Positions 22,764 to 36,696 of a stretch of 64,000 bases of DNA are shown piece after piece. Positions within the stretch are counted from its first letter, which is position 1, and each line of letters begins with the position of its first letter. The DNA is taken from assembly GCA_050613775.1 (NCBI GenBank), contig JBODTK010000132.1:62001-126000 (forward strand). Reading direction: 5' to 3'. The position numbers were made by a program, and so were the translations under genes. The notes beneath the pieces were generated by a model. The model saw nothing but the letters and a program-made list of their open reading frames with translations, made no database searches and had not been told where the DNA came from. The DNA is from Neocallimastix sp. 'constans' (taxonomy: Eukaryota).

Positions 22764-24439
22764 TATTAATATTAAAAATAATTTGTTAAATACATATTTT
22801 TAATAATTAAAAAAAAAAAAAAAAGAATTAAAATTAGCACTAATAATTTAAAGAATTTACTTCAAATAAAAATTTTTTACAAAATATCAATATTTTTTCA
22901 ATTGATTTTACTGATAAAACTTTTGTGTTTTTATTTAATAAAGATTATACTAATATCTGAAATAAAGGATCAGTCTATTTATTGATTATTGAAAAAAAGA
23001 CATTTGGAAATACACCTATAAAATATAGGGAATATATATAAAATTAAAAAAATAATAGAAATATAGATAATATCTTAAGGTATATAAGAAAAATTAATTA
23101 AGAAGTAGTTTATTAGTGCTTTGGTTTAAATTTTTGGTTTTTCAATCGATGATAAACGTGAGACCAAAAAAGAAAATATAAAATAAAAATGGAGAGAATC
23201 TTTTTTAGTATGCAATAGTTAACTTCAAATTTAATTATAATTTAAATATATTTAAGTATTTTGTAGATGAACAGTAACACCTTAAGAGAGGCCTTTTCTC
23301 AATCTATAATTATAATAAATTTTTGCTCTCTTGAAACTTAGTACTAAAAAATATAAATTGAAAATATGTATATATAGTTTATTTTATTAAAAAAATTTTT
23401 TTATGTATTGAAAAAGTAAAAAAAAAAAAAAATAAAATAAAAAAAGTTAGTAGTTAAAATTATAATTAATTTTAATAAATACCTTTTCATTAAAAATAAT
23501 GACAAAGAATAAAAGGTTTCAGTGTATTACAAAATATTTATTTTATATATTTTTAAATAATTATATTTAATAATAAAACATAATAAATTAAAGATATTAC
23601 ATAATTCCAATAATTTTATTTAATTCTTTTAATTTATATTTCTGAATAAAATAAATTATATATTTTTATATTAATATATTATTTAATTTTGTTTTTAAAT
23701 TAAAATTTTTATTTTTTTGTATATTTTATTTATATCTAAATAAATAATATATTTTTAATAATTATAATAAAATGATATATTTAATATTATAATATTATTT
23801 GTAAAAAATAAAAATAAATTTAATAAATAGTATTAAAAGTTTTTATAATAAAAATTCTTTATTATTATTTTAATATATCAATTTGTTACTAATTATTTAC
23901 ATCAAAATTACAAAATTTAGATCAAATAATAATTTATAAATATTTATAAATTCAAAGATTTATTTATTTATAATTTATATTAAATAAAAGTAATTTAAAT
24001 ATTTCGGAAAAAAAAAGAGTAAAAAATAACTATATTTTATATACTTTTTAAAAATATTTTGTACAAATAATAATTTTTATTTATTTTTTTAACCGCTTCA
24101 TTTAATTTTAATTTTTCAAATTATTAAAATGTGATACTTTTCTTCTCAAAAATTAAAATATTATAAAATATTGATGAGTTTATTTAATAATTTTAGTTTA
24201 ATATTTAATTAAATATACAAATATTTTTAATAATTATATAATTTATTTTGAAAAAATATATAAATAGCAAATTTTTTAAATAATTTTTTTGATTTATTAT
24301 TTATAAAAATAAAACATATAATTATTTGTTTTATTCATTAGTAAACATTTAATTATATACATCTTCAAATTTAAATATAAAATAATATAAAAAAATTATT
24401 GAATCTTAAAAATATTTTGAATTTTATTTTTATAATAAA

Positions 24440-25439
24440 ATGAAAATTTTTAACATTATTACTTGTTCTTTTAAGTATTGTTGGTTTAGTCAATGCTGCT
24501 TGTAATGGAGCCCATGCTCAATGTGATGGTGTAAACTTTAAAGGTGAAAATTGTTGTGTCAGTGGATATACTTGTAAAAAATTGGACCAATGGTATTCTC
24601 AATGTGTTCCAGATGCTACTGATAACAATGCTGCAAAAAATAATGATGTAAATAATGCTTCAAAGAACAATGTTCCAATGGATAATTCACCAAAGAGTGT
24701 CAATAATAATAATGCTGGAGCTAATAAGATTGGAACCATTTATATTGCAGGTGATTCTACTGCTGATAATAATGGTGCTAATAATAGTAAAACTGCGGGT
24801 TGGGGTAAATATCTTGGGGATTATTTCTCCGTTCCTGTGAATAATCAAGCTAAATCTGGTCAAAGTGCTAGAACTTTCTGGCGTGATGGTAGATGGAATG
24901 CTTTAATTAAGAATGTTAGAAAGGGTGATTATGTTTTAATTGAATTTGGTCATAATGATACTGGTGGTCCAAATACTGTTGCTAAGAAAGGTTCTGTAGT
25001 CGGTACTGGTAATGAAACTGTTAAAGTTGGAAATGAAATTGTTCATACTTTCCCATGGTATATTCGTCAAATGGCGAAACAAGTATTAGATAAAGGAGCT
25101 ACTCCAGTTCTTATGTCTAATACACCAAACTTTAGTTTCAATAAAGGAAAAGTTCCAGCAAGTGGTCGTTTTGGTGGATATATGAAATTAGTTGCAGAAG
25201 AAATGAAGATTCCATTCATTGATCACTACAACTATATTGCTCGTCAATGGGAAAAACTTGGAGAAAACAACATTAAATCCAAGAATTGGTTCCCCACTGA
25301 TTATAAACATACAGCTCCAGGAGCAGCAGACTTTAATGCTCAAATGATTGTTAATGCTGCTAAATGTCAAAATATTAAAGATTTAGTTTCAGCCTTAAAT
25401 ACTAAGGGTAACCAAGTTAAATATTCTTGTTCTATTTAA
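24440..25439 (+). pseudogene. CBM1 + CE12-like (rhamnogalacturonan acetylesterase, SGNH) paralog with a +1 frameshift in the signal peptide
   Basis: ATG at 24440 aligns with the paralog start. There is an extra T in TCTTTTAAG (~24469-24472), and the span is 1000 nt = 3n+1. CBM1 is degenerate (HAQCDG vs YAQCGG), while the catalytic domain is intact. Could be a homopolymer sequencing error. Confidence 0.75.
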
Positions 25440-26222
25440 AGTTAATATTGTATAAATAATTAAAATAAATAAATAAAAAATTAGATTAAGGTAATTTTCA
25501 AATGTTTATATTGATATAAAAATAATAAATTTATAATAAATATATATGTATAAAATCGTTATAAATAAATTCCAATGTATATTAAAATATAAAATCAAAT
25601 ATTTAATAAGATTTAAAATAATATTTAATATATTATGTCATTTTAAATAATATTTTTATTTAAAAATTATATAATCAATTTAATAATTAGAATTTAAATA
25701 AAAAAAAAAAATAAAAATGAAAATTAAATATAAACTTTGATAAAAAAATATATATTAAATATAAATTATTAGTAGTAGTATTAAATTCGCAATTATACAA
25801 AATAAATAAATACTTTTGAAAATAAAATTAAATTGTTGAATATAAAAAGTATTAATCTTAAATTTTTATTCTATAAAAGTATTTAAAAATAATAATTTTA
25901 TTTTAATATATATTTTTTATTTTATTATTAAATATTAAAAATTTAATATTATTCAATTATTTATTTAATTAAAATATTATAAAAAGCTAGTATAAATAAA
26001 TATATATTCATATTTGTATATACTAATGATTAAAAATTTCATTACATCTTTCATCATTAAATTTATTATTTTTGAGTTTTAAATTTATTACAAGCATTAT
26101 TATTATTATTTTCTTTAAAATTATCTTTGGTTTTATAGGTTAATTAAATAAATTTAATATAAATAACAAAAAAAGGTTTACTACAAAAATTAAGTATAAT
26201 TATTAAAAATAACAACAACAGC

Positions 26223-26376
<154 letters not shown>

Positions 26377-27356
26377 TTTATTTATTACAATTATCTATAT
26401 ATATAATTTTTATATTATATTAATTAAAAAAAAAAAAAACAATTTCTTAAAAAATTATGACATCTTTCATATCTTAATCACTATTATCATTTATGAATTT
26501 TATAATTATTATATTTATCATAGTTACTATTATTATTCTAAAAATTATCTTTCTTTTATAATCGATAATTAAATAATTTGAATATGAGTAACAAGAAATA
26601 ATGACTAATAAAATATTTGTTATAAAATAAAAATAATATTAATTAATTTTGATAAATATAATTTTATTAAAAATAATGATAAAATACAAACGGTCATTTA
26701 TTATATTGCAAAATATTAATATTATTATAGATTATAAAATAACCATATTTAATAATAAAAAAATAAAATTAAAAACTATTTAAAAAAAAAATACTTTATT
26801 TAATAATAAAGTTATAAAATTAATAAAAGTGATAATAATTTAGAAAAAAAAAACTTTTTTATTTGAATAAAGAGTCATAATATAACCATATTAATTTTAT
26901 CATTAATAATAACTTTTTAATATTAGTAATAAGATTAAAAAAAAAAAAAAAATGAAAAGGTATATATGTATATTTGTGAAATATTACAATATATATTAAA
27001 TAAAAATAATAATTATAATTAATAATAGTAATGTTAAGTTTTAAGTTATAAAATTAAAATTTCTTAATAAATTAAAAATATTTTTATTTCAAATATTCAT
27101 ATAAATAAATAATAAATTTATTATTAATTAAATACTAGATTAAAAAATAAATATTTATTTATTCATTTAAAATATATTAACAAAATCTTTTTGATTTTTT
27201 TATTAATATTTAAATTTATTATTTTTTCCTTTTAATTAATTTTTTTATAAATAAATAAATATTTATTTATTAATTTAATATATATATTAACAAAATCGTT
27301 TAGTTTTATTTAATAATATTTAATAATTTATATATTTAATATTATATTTTTTAATG

Positions 27357-27392
<36 letters not shown>

Positions 27393-28124
27393 TTATTCCT
27401 ATTGAATTTTTTAAATTTTTTTAGAAATTGGAACAATTTAATAAAATATATAATAATTAATAAAACATAAAACTTTATAATATATTAAATTTTTTTCAAA
27501 AAATTTATTTTATTTTATTTTATTTTATTTTATTTTATTTTTCTTTTTTAATGACTTTAAAAATGAAATAAAATTCTTTAAATTTTAATTATTAATGACC
27601 AATAGGAATATTTTATTTATATTACAACCTTTTATTTTATTTTTTTTAAATTATATTTTGTAATACAATTACTAAAGTTTAAAAAATAATAAAGTTAGAA
27701 ATTTTTATTAAAAAAAAAATATATTATAATTATATATTTAATATTATTAAATATTTATTAATTATTTTTTAAAGTAAAATTATTAAATTAAAAAAAAAAA
27801 AACCTATATAAATAATGAATATTTTTCTTTTTTTTTTTTTTTTGTATTAAAATTAACTAAAATTTAATAATAAAATAATTAAATAAATTTTTTTATATTA
27901 TTTTATTTCATATAATTTTATTTTTAATTACGATAAATAATAAATTATAATTAATTCGACTTTTTTTTTTTTTTAAAGAAAAAAAGAAAATAATATTATA
28001 TTATATTATTTTTTAACTGTAAAAAAAAAAAAAAAAAAAAAAAAAATAAAAAAAATATTATTATTTTTAAAAATTTTTAGTAAACTGAAACCAAAACAAA
28101 ACAAAAAAAAAAAAATAAGGAAAA

Positions 28125-29192
28125 ATGAAATTTATTAATATTATTGCTTATTCCTTAAGTATTGTTGGTTTAGCTAATGCTGCTTGTAATGGAGCCTATG
28201 CTCAATGTGGTGGTGTAAACTTTAAAGGTGAAAATTGTTGTGTTAATGGATATACCTGTAAAGTTTTAAGTGATTGGTATCATCAATGTGTTCCAGGAAC
28301 TACCAATAATAAAAGCAATAATAATAACAATGGCAATACTGCTAAAAATAATGCTGCTGCACCTGCACCTGCTCCTTCACCTCCAAAAAATAATAATAAT
28401 AACAACAACAACAATGTTGTACTCCCACCAAAGAATCCACCAAATAATGCCAATAATAATAATAATGCTGGAGCTAATAAAATTGGAACCATTTATATTG
28501 CAGGTGATTCTACTGCTGATAATAATGGTGCTAATAATGGTAAAACTGCGGGTTGGGGTAAATATCTTGGGGATTATTTCTCCGTTCCTGTGAATAATCA
28601 AGCTAAATCTGGTCAAAGTGCTAGAACTTTCTGGCGTGATGGTAGATGGAATGCTTTAATTAAGAATGTTAGAAAGGGTGATTATGTTTTAATTGAATTT
28701 GGTCATAATGATACTGGTGGTCCAAATACTGCTGCTAAGAAAGGTTCTGTAGTCGGTACTGGTAATGAAACTGTTAAAGTTGGAAATGAAATTGTTCATA
28801 CTTTCCCATGGTATATTCGTCAAATGGCGAAACAAGTATTAGATAAAGGAGCTACTCCAGTTCTTATGTCTAATACACCAAACTTTAGTTTCAATAAAGG
28901 AAAAGTTCCAGCAAGTGGTCGTTTTGGTGGATATATGAAATTAGTTGCTGAAGAAATGAAGATTCCATTCATTGATCACTACAACTATATTGCTCGTCAA
29001 TGGGAAAAACTTGGAGAAATCGGCATCAAATCCAAGAATTGGTTCCCCACTGATTATAAACACACAGCTCCAGGAGCAGCAGACTTTAATGCTCAAATGA
29101 TTGTTAATGCTGCTAAATGTCAAAATATTAAAGATTTAGTTTCAGCCTTAAATACTAAGGGTAATCAAGTTAAATATTCTTGTTCTGTTTAA
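28125..29192 (+). CDS. Secreted CBM1-linker-CE12-like carbohydrate esterase (rhamnogalacturonan acetylesterase family, SGNH/GDSL), 355 aa, intronless
   Basis: Signal peptide, then CBM1 CNGAYAQCGG..F.G..CC..GYTC....DWYHQC and an Asn/Pro linker. SGNH blocks are IAGDSTA, GWG, NQAKSGQSARTF, IEFGHND and DYKH. Confidence 0.92.
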   Translation: MKFINIIAYSLSIVGLANAACNGAYAQCGGVNFKGENCCVNGYTCKVLSDWYHQCVPGTTNNKSNNNNNGNTAKNNAAAPAPAPSPPKNNNNNNNNNVVLPPKNPPNNANNNNNAGANKIGTIYIAGDSTADNNGANNGKTAGWGKYLGDYFSVPVNNQAKSGQSARTFWRDGRWNALIKNVRKGDYVLIEFGHNDTGGPNTAAKKGSVVGTGNETVKVGNEIVHTFPWYIRQMAKQVLDKGATPVLMSNTPNFSFNKGKVPASGRFGGYMKLVAEEMKIPFIDHYNYIARQWEKLGEIGIKSKNWFPTDYKHTAPGAADFNAQMIVNAAKCQNIKDLVSALNTKGNQVKYSCSV

Positions 29193-30062
29193 ATTTAAAA
29201 ATGTTAATATAAAGAATAAGATATCTCTATAAAATTGTGTTAAAGTGATAATCAATTATTCAAATATAAACTATTGAAAGCATAAAAAAATTATTATTAT
29301 AAATAAAAAGTTAATAAATAAATATATAAGTGAAATTTTTATTCAATTTATTTCAATGGAAATATATATTATAATAGAAATAAAAAAAAAATATTATAAT
29401 ATATTTTTTCTTCTAATAATTAAAATTATGTATTATATATTTTTGGTTAGAAATTATTAAATCAATAAAATTAATAATTGCCAAAATTATTTATAAAATA
29501 ATAAATATAATGAATAAAAGTGAAATTTAATAATAAAAATTTAAAAAAAAAATATTGAAATATTGAAAAATAAAATTTAAAAATGTTTATATATAAAAAA
29601 AAATATATGTATATAATTTATATATAAATAAATAATTAATAAAAAATTTTTGATTTTAAGAAATCATTACTTATTTTTTTTTTTTTTTTCGGTTTATAAT
29701 AATAGAGTAAGATATTATATATATATATTATATATATATATATATATATTTTAGTGTATTATTAAATAGCTTGAAAATTTGTAAAGATTTATATAATTAT
29801 TTATGGCCATTATGATAATTTTTAAAATAAAATGATTTATTAGTCATAATTGTTAATGTCATTAAAATGACCAAAACCTTAAGGATTTAATTTCAAACTT
29901 GAATTACTAATGATAAACAAGTTTAAAAACTATTTTTATTCTTTATTAGTATTAAATTTAAATTAGTTTAAAATATATATATATATATATATATATTGAA
30001 AAACTAATGGCAAATAACTTTAAAAACTATTTTTATTCTTTATTATTAGTATTTAATACAAA

Positions 30063-30160
<98 letters not shown>

Positions 30161-30361
30161 CAAAATAATTGATAATTCTACATATATACCATTCATAACA
30201 ATATATAAAAAAATAGAATTATTTTAATTGAAAAATAAAAAAAAAAAAAAATAAAATAAAATAAAATAAATATAATTATTAATTATAATTTAATATATTT
30301 ATTAAAAAAATATATATATATAAATTTATATTTTAAATACATATTATTATATTTAGAACCT

Positions 30362-30401
<40 letters not shown>

Positions 30402-30936
30402 AAATGTTTTTTTATTTATTTATTTATTATTTGTTTATTTATTTTTTTTTTTTTATTATTTTTATTTTTATTTTTTATTTTATTTTATTTTATTTTTTAT
30501 TATTATTATTATTACTATTATTTTTGTTTACTATATTTGATATTAAATTACTTTAAATATATATATATATATAATGCCTATGAATAATAAATAAATAAAA
30601 TGATTTTTATTTTAAAAAAAAATTTTTTTTCTCTATATTAATAATAATTAAAAAATAAATACATGAAAAATGAAAAAATAAATATGAAAAAAAAAAAAAA
30701 AAAAAAAATAAAAAATAATATATAATATATATTTTAATGAAAAGTTAGAATAGATATAAAATTAGAAAAGGTAAAATAAATAATAAAAAAAATAATATAT
30801 ATAAAATATTGATTTTAAATATTGAATTGATTATTCTTTAATGTAAATTTGTTTTTTATCTTTACTTTTTTTTTTTTTTTTTTTTTTTTGATTAATGAGA
30901 TTAATAATTATTATAATAATTATATATAACATTAAG

Positions 30937-30967
<31 letters not shown>

Positions 30968-30973
30968 TTTTTT

Positions 30974-33900
30974 TCAAAGTTTTAATTCCTTCAAGATAGC
31001 CAAACATATTTTTTTATATTTCCAAAGATTACCAGAAATTCTTCTAAATTGTATTCCATGTAAATTAAGCCAAGGAATACGGACAATGGCAATTTCAAAA
31101 CGAATTGTTTGATTTTGATTGAGACCTTGCTGTTGTTTAAGTATAGTATTTAAATTAGAAGAAGAATTAGGTAATGATTTTCTAATGGAATTACTATTGA
31201 AAATACCATTACTATTACTACTACCACTACCACTACCATTACTATTACTATTATTATTATCATTTGTAGTAACAGTAGCGGTAGCTGTTGCTGGCGTAAT
31301 CATTGTAAGCCCTCCATAACCATGACCATAAACATGACCATAACCAAAACTATGACTATTTATCATTTCTGAAGGTGAAGCGACTGAAACTACAGGAGTT
31401 GGAGGTTCTATCGTGATAAAGGAAGGTGCTTCCATTAAAGAAGTATTAAAATTATCTGAAGATGAATAATCATCAAAGGTATCATCTAAAATATTTAATA
31501 TTCTATTATTTGAATTTATTGTTTGACTGGTATTGATATTGGTGTTGGTGGTTTTATCGCTATTGATAGTACTACCATTTGAACTACCATTACTATTACC
31601 ATTACTATTATTATCATAATTATTACCATTATTATTACTATCATAATGATGATTATGATAAGATATAGGGTTTTGAAGACTATTTTTATCTTTATCACTG
31701 TTTCTATCACCATCTCTTTCTTTTATTTCCATAGTAAAAGATATCTTATGATTTAAAGGTTGAGAACTATGAGATATAGAACGTTTAAAATGACTTATTT
31801 TAGAAGGCTCACCGGTTGTAACGGTTAACCCATTAAAACTTTTAGTCATTTCAAGATAATCTTGTTGTAGAGCACTTTGAGGATATTTTAAACTTTGATG
31901 ACTGGAACTACTACCTCTTCCTGGTATAAAGTTTATTAAGTTATCATTATCATTAATAATAATACTAGAATTTGAAGTTTCTTTTGAAGAAGAAAAGGAT
32001 GAATAGGATGGGATGGAAAGAGGAGGACTGAAAAGTTGTGAAGAAGTAGAAGAGGCTACAGGTCCTGGTGGATTAATAATAGAAGATTGGGATTGATTTT
32101 TGGAACGGGATTGATTTAATGAAGATATATAATTGGATTTGGAATTAATTTCCGTTTTTGATTTAGATTTAGATTTGGAATTAGAATTAGATTTGGAACT
32201 AGATTTGGAATTAGAATTGAAGTTAGAATTGGAATTGGAATTAGAATTAGAATCCGAATTAGAATTGGAATTGGAATTAGAATTAGAATTGGAGTTAGAA
32301 CTGGAATTGGAATTGGAATTGGAATCCGAATTAGAATCTGAATTTAAATTTATACTATTATTGCTATCATTCCATTTACTATTAATCATATTAGCCCATT
32401 TTTCTTTTCTATTTTTTATTCTAGATTTTATTTTATCCTTAAGACTCAATAGAGAATTAGAATTCGAATTACTATTAGAATTCGAATTAGAACTGCTTTT
32501 AGAATTTCTTTTAGAATTGTAACTGGAATTAGAATTTGAATTGGTACTAGTATGAATTGAATTGATATCATTATTATCATTTTCACTAAAACTACGAATA
32601 CTATCGGATTCAACATCGGTAATCATTTCTACACTTAAATTTTGATTAGAACTGGTGTGATTAGTATTAGTATTGGATGAGGTAGTCTCTGATTTTGATT
32701 TCGGTTTGAAATGAATACTATTACGAAAACTTTTTTTCAATTTTGGTCTGGATTTTAACAGTTTAATACCACTATCTAATTTACGATTATACTTAATATT
32801 AGCCATACTTTTACTTTTATTGATAATTTTGGAACTTCCATCAGAAGACGTCACGGTGAACGTCTGACCAGGATTCAATGACATTGTGGACATAGCCATA
32901 CCACCAGTATTACTACTACTACTAAAGGATGATCTAGGATTCATCATCATCATTACTGTACCATCCATGGTCGTCATACCCAAATTTGAATTAGAAGGCT
33001 TTTTCCATATTGCCGACGACTTATTACTCAATTTTGAGGAAAACATATTGATAAAACTTTTGGAATGAAGTCGATGACTTGTTTTATTACTATGTTTATC
33101 ATTATTATCAATCGTTGTTGTTGTTGTTGTTGTGGTGGTCGTTGCATTTGTCGCCGTTCCATTTGTCATCTTTGCATTTGTATTTATGGTTTTATTTGTC
33201 GCCATATTATTGATTGATTTTTCCAATTCTAGATTAAACGTTTCCGTATCCATACTGTAACTACTGACAAAAGAGGAAGAGCCATCTACTGATTGGAAAG
33301 AATTAGTATTGAGACCGGTAATATCTGAAGTATACTCACATTGGAAAAATCCTGGCATTTCCACATAAAAGAGACCAAATTTAACCAATGTATTTATAAT
33401 AGAATGACGAATTTCCGTAGGACTATGAGTTGATGTATTACTGACACTGAAAAGACCTTTCAAGTTAACATTCTTTATAAATTGATCAGCACGACCCAAA
33501 GTAATTGGTATTTTAAATTGAAAGGGTGATGTTGTTAACATATCTGTCAAAGAAATATCACTGGTACTCTCTTGACTATGTTGTCGACGATGACCTAATT
33601 TCATTTGTTCAAAAGAAATAGGATGATAAAGGGATTGACGACTATTAAAACTATGATTACGTGGATCTCGTGAATCACGTGAATCTCCACTTCCTAATTT
33701 TGAAATTTCTAAATTACGAATGGATGACGGTGGTGAAACATAATAACCAGAATAACCGGTTTTCGTATTCTGACTACTATTACTATTGCCACTAATACTA
33801 CCATTTATACCATTACTACTAGTATTTATACCATCTAATAGGTTGGCAGAGGCTGTTGTTCCATGATTAGAATTATTCATTTTCGTAAACGACTTTCCGA

Positions 33901-36661
33901 TGGCATAACTAAATCGCTTTAAATTAGAAAAAGATTTACGACGAGAAGCCTCATTACTACTACTATCATCCTTTTGAACGATCATCGAATGACGAGTAAG
34001 ATCACGTACATTAGGAGTAATGGAAGTCATGGCAAGAGACATCTCTATAGGTTCTTGATATTGTGATATATTAGAACGTATCATTGAAGTGGAGATGGCT
34101 CTTGGTTTAGCCGTGGCAGCAATCTTAGGAATAGGAAGCATTTGATTTTCAATAGATGAATTCTTGCCATTACTATTTGGCTTTTGATTTTCAATATCTG
34201 AATAAGGCGTAATATTATTTACTTCTAAATTTAATGATTTTCTTGTTTTCAATTCCTTTTTCATCTCATCTTTCTTAGAACGACTAGGACTACGACTATG
34301 ACTGTGACTGTGACTATGTCTATGACTATGATTTTTCTTACCATTCGTTAAACTACTATTAAATTTATTCTTTGATTTAATATTAATAATATTTTTAAAT
34401 GGTTTTCTCTCCCTACTACTATTAGAATCCTTATCCTTTAAAATGGAAGAATTACTTTCATTTTCTGTCATATTAATATTCTCATTAACAATTGTTGTTG
34501 TATTACTACTACTATGATCACTCTTGATACTTTTTGAAGCTGGACTTGGATTTGAACCACTCTTTCTTTTATTATTATTATATTTATTATTATTATTATT
34601 GTTATTATCATTATTATTATTATTATTTGATAAATATTTAATAGGACTTGGAGAAGAAAAGGATCGCCTTGAAGCAAGTGGTGAACTTTGTTGACTATTG
34701 TTTTGAAGCGTTTCTTTTGAAAGTTGTTGTTGTTGCAATTGAGGTTGTAGTTTTGGTTGAGTTGGAAGTACTTGTAATTTAAGTTCACTAGATTCTACCA
34801 TACCGGTAGTAGTATTAACGATAACAGTTTCACCATTAGAACTAGAACTATGACTATGGTTAGGACTATGACTATGGTTAGAACTATGGGTATGAGTAGG
34901 TGTAGGAGTAGAAGAAGGAGAAGTAGGAGAATGGTGAACTGGAGTCAAAGAATTATAGGTATACTTATCTTTAATACTCTCCCGTTGACTATGAGTATTA
35001 CTATTAACTTGTGTTGAATTCCTACTCCTACCATTAGTATTACCAATAGTGGTATTGGTATTGATATTCTTATTCATATTAATAGAATCAGTACTAAATT
35101 TATCATAATCACCAAGCGATTCTACAATACTAGCATCTAAAATGACATCAGAATCCATTTTAATATATTCATCTTCCTTGGATTCCAATGTTTCAGCAAT
35201 ATGTTCTGTATAATGATTAATAGAATCTTCAGTAGTGGTAGTAGGAGATATTTCAAATTTAATATCTTCATTTCGTTGTTCCATATCCACAGGTTCAGTT
35301 TCCACTTTAATGGTTGCTACTGGAACTGGATTAGGAGGATGATCTTCAACATCAAGAGAAGTGGCATTAACAGTGACAACCGTTGTCATGGTATCATCAT
35401 TAGATTCAATAGTTGCAGGTATTGTAGGTGTATCAGTTTCATTTAAGGTAGATACAGTAGTAATATTACTATCATCATTTTGAACAATACCATCACGAAT
35501 GATAGCATCAGAAAGCTTAATATCATGATTCTTATAATTATTCAATTGATTAGCATGATGTAAAGCGGCAGTTTGATTTTGCATTTCCATAGAAATTTTA
35601 TATTTTTCTATACGTTCTAATTTTTCTAATACTAAATAATAGATATTCACAATGGGAAGAATATGTTTTGTGGGTTGACTCTCATCATCTGTCGAAAATG
35701 AATTACTTAAACTGGAAGAAGAAAAAGAACGATTGATACTTTTGATACTACCACTACGGTTATTGATTCCACAAGATTTTCTATTGCGCTTTCTTATTAA
35801 ATTTAAAAAATTAAAATTTTCAGAATCTTTGGAAAAGTTCATTGAAATATATTGCTCAATGGTATGACTAATCTCTTCTGGTGAACCAAATCCAAATCCT
35901 TTCATATTTTTGATGACATGCATATCCAAAGGAAGGGTCAATGGAGCTCTTGGTAGTATATAATTATTTAAAGGAGCATCATAACCTTTCAAAATCCAAG
36001 GATGAGATTTAATTTTATCCATATTTATTCTTTCCTTGGAGTTCACTTTTAACATTTGAGATAATAAATCAACACATTCTATTATAATAAAATATATACG
36101 TATATTTAACATATATAATTATATATATATATATATTAATTATAATAAAACATTAACATTGATCATTGATTAAAATTATTAAAAAAAAAAAAAAAAGGAC
36201 TATTGATTATTGAATCTTATTTTATACATATATCTATTAATTTAATCATAGATGTCAATTTAATGTTGGAATGAATATTAAAAAAATTTTTTTTTTACCT
36301 GTGGATAAATAATATGGATAATCTACTCTTCCCGCCTTAATTTTTTGATATAAAACAGGCATACTTTCATCATCGAAGGGAACTTTACCACATACCAATA
36401 CATACAATATAATACCCTTGATGAACAATATGATTTATATATTTAATAATATATATATATGATGATGATAATAAATAAAAATTATTAATGTATTATCATA
36501 AAAAAAATAAAAAATATACATATATACATATATACATATATATATTAAAAATTTTTAATTTAAATCTATAAATGACTTACAATACTCCATATATCAACCT
36601 CTGGTCCAATATATTCTTTAGCATTTAATAATTCTGGAGCTATTAATTAATATAAATTATT

Positions 36662-36696
<35 letters not shown>

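Noticed and set aside
22960..23340. Slightly GC-richer patch right of the retrotransposon (possible snoRNA or decayed gene)
   Set aside because: No coherent C/D or H/ACA box arrangement, ORF or phase-compatible exons were found by eye.
31119..35446. Short ORFs inside the kinase exon, e.g. the (LE)n ORF 32133-32522
   Set aside because: These are antisense or frame shadows of (SN)n and other low-complexity coding tracts.
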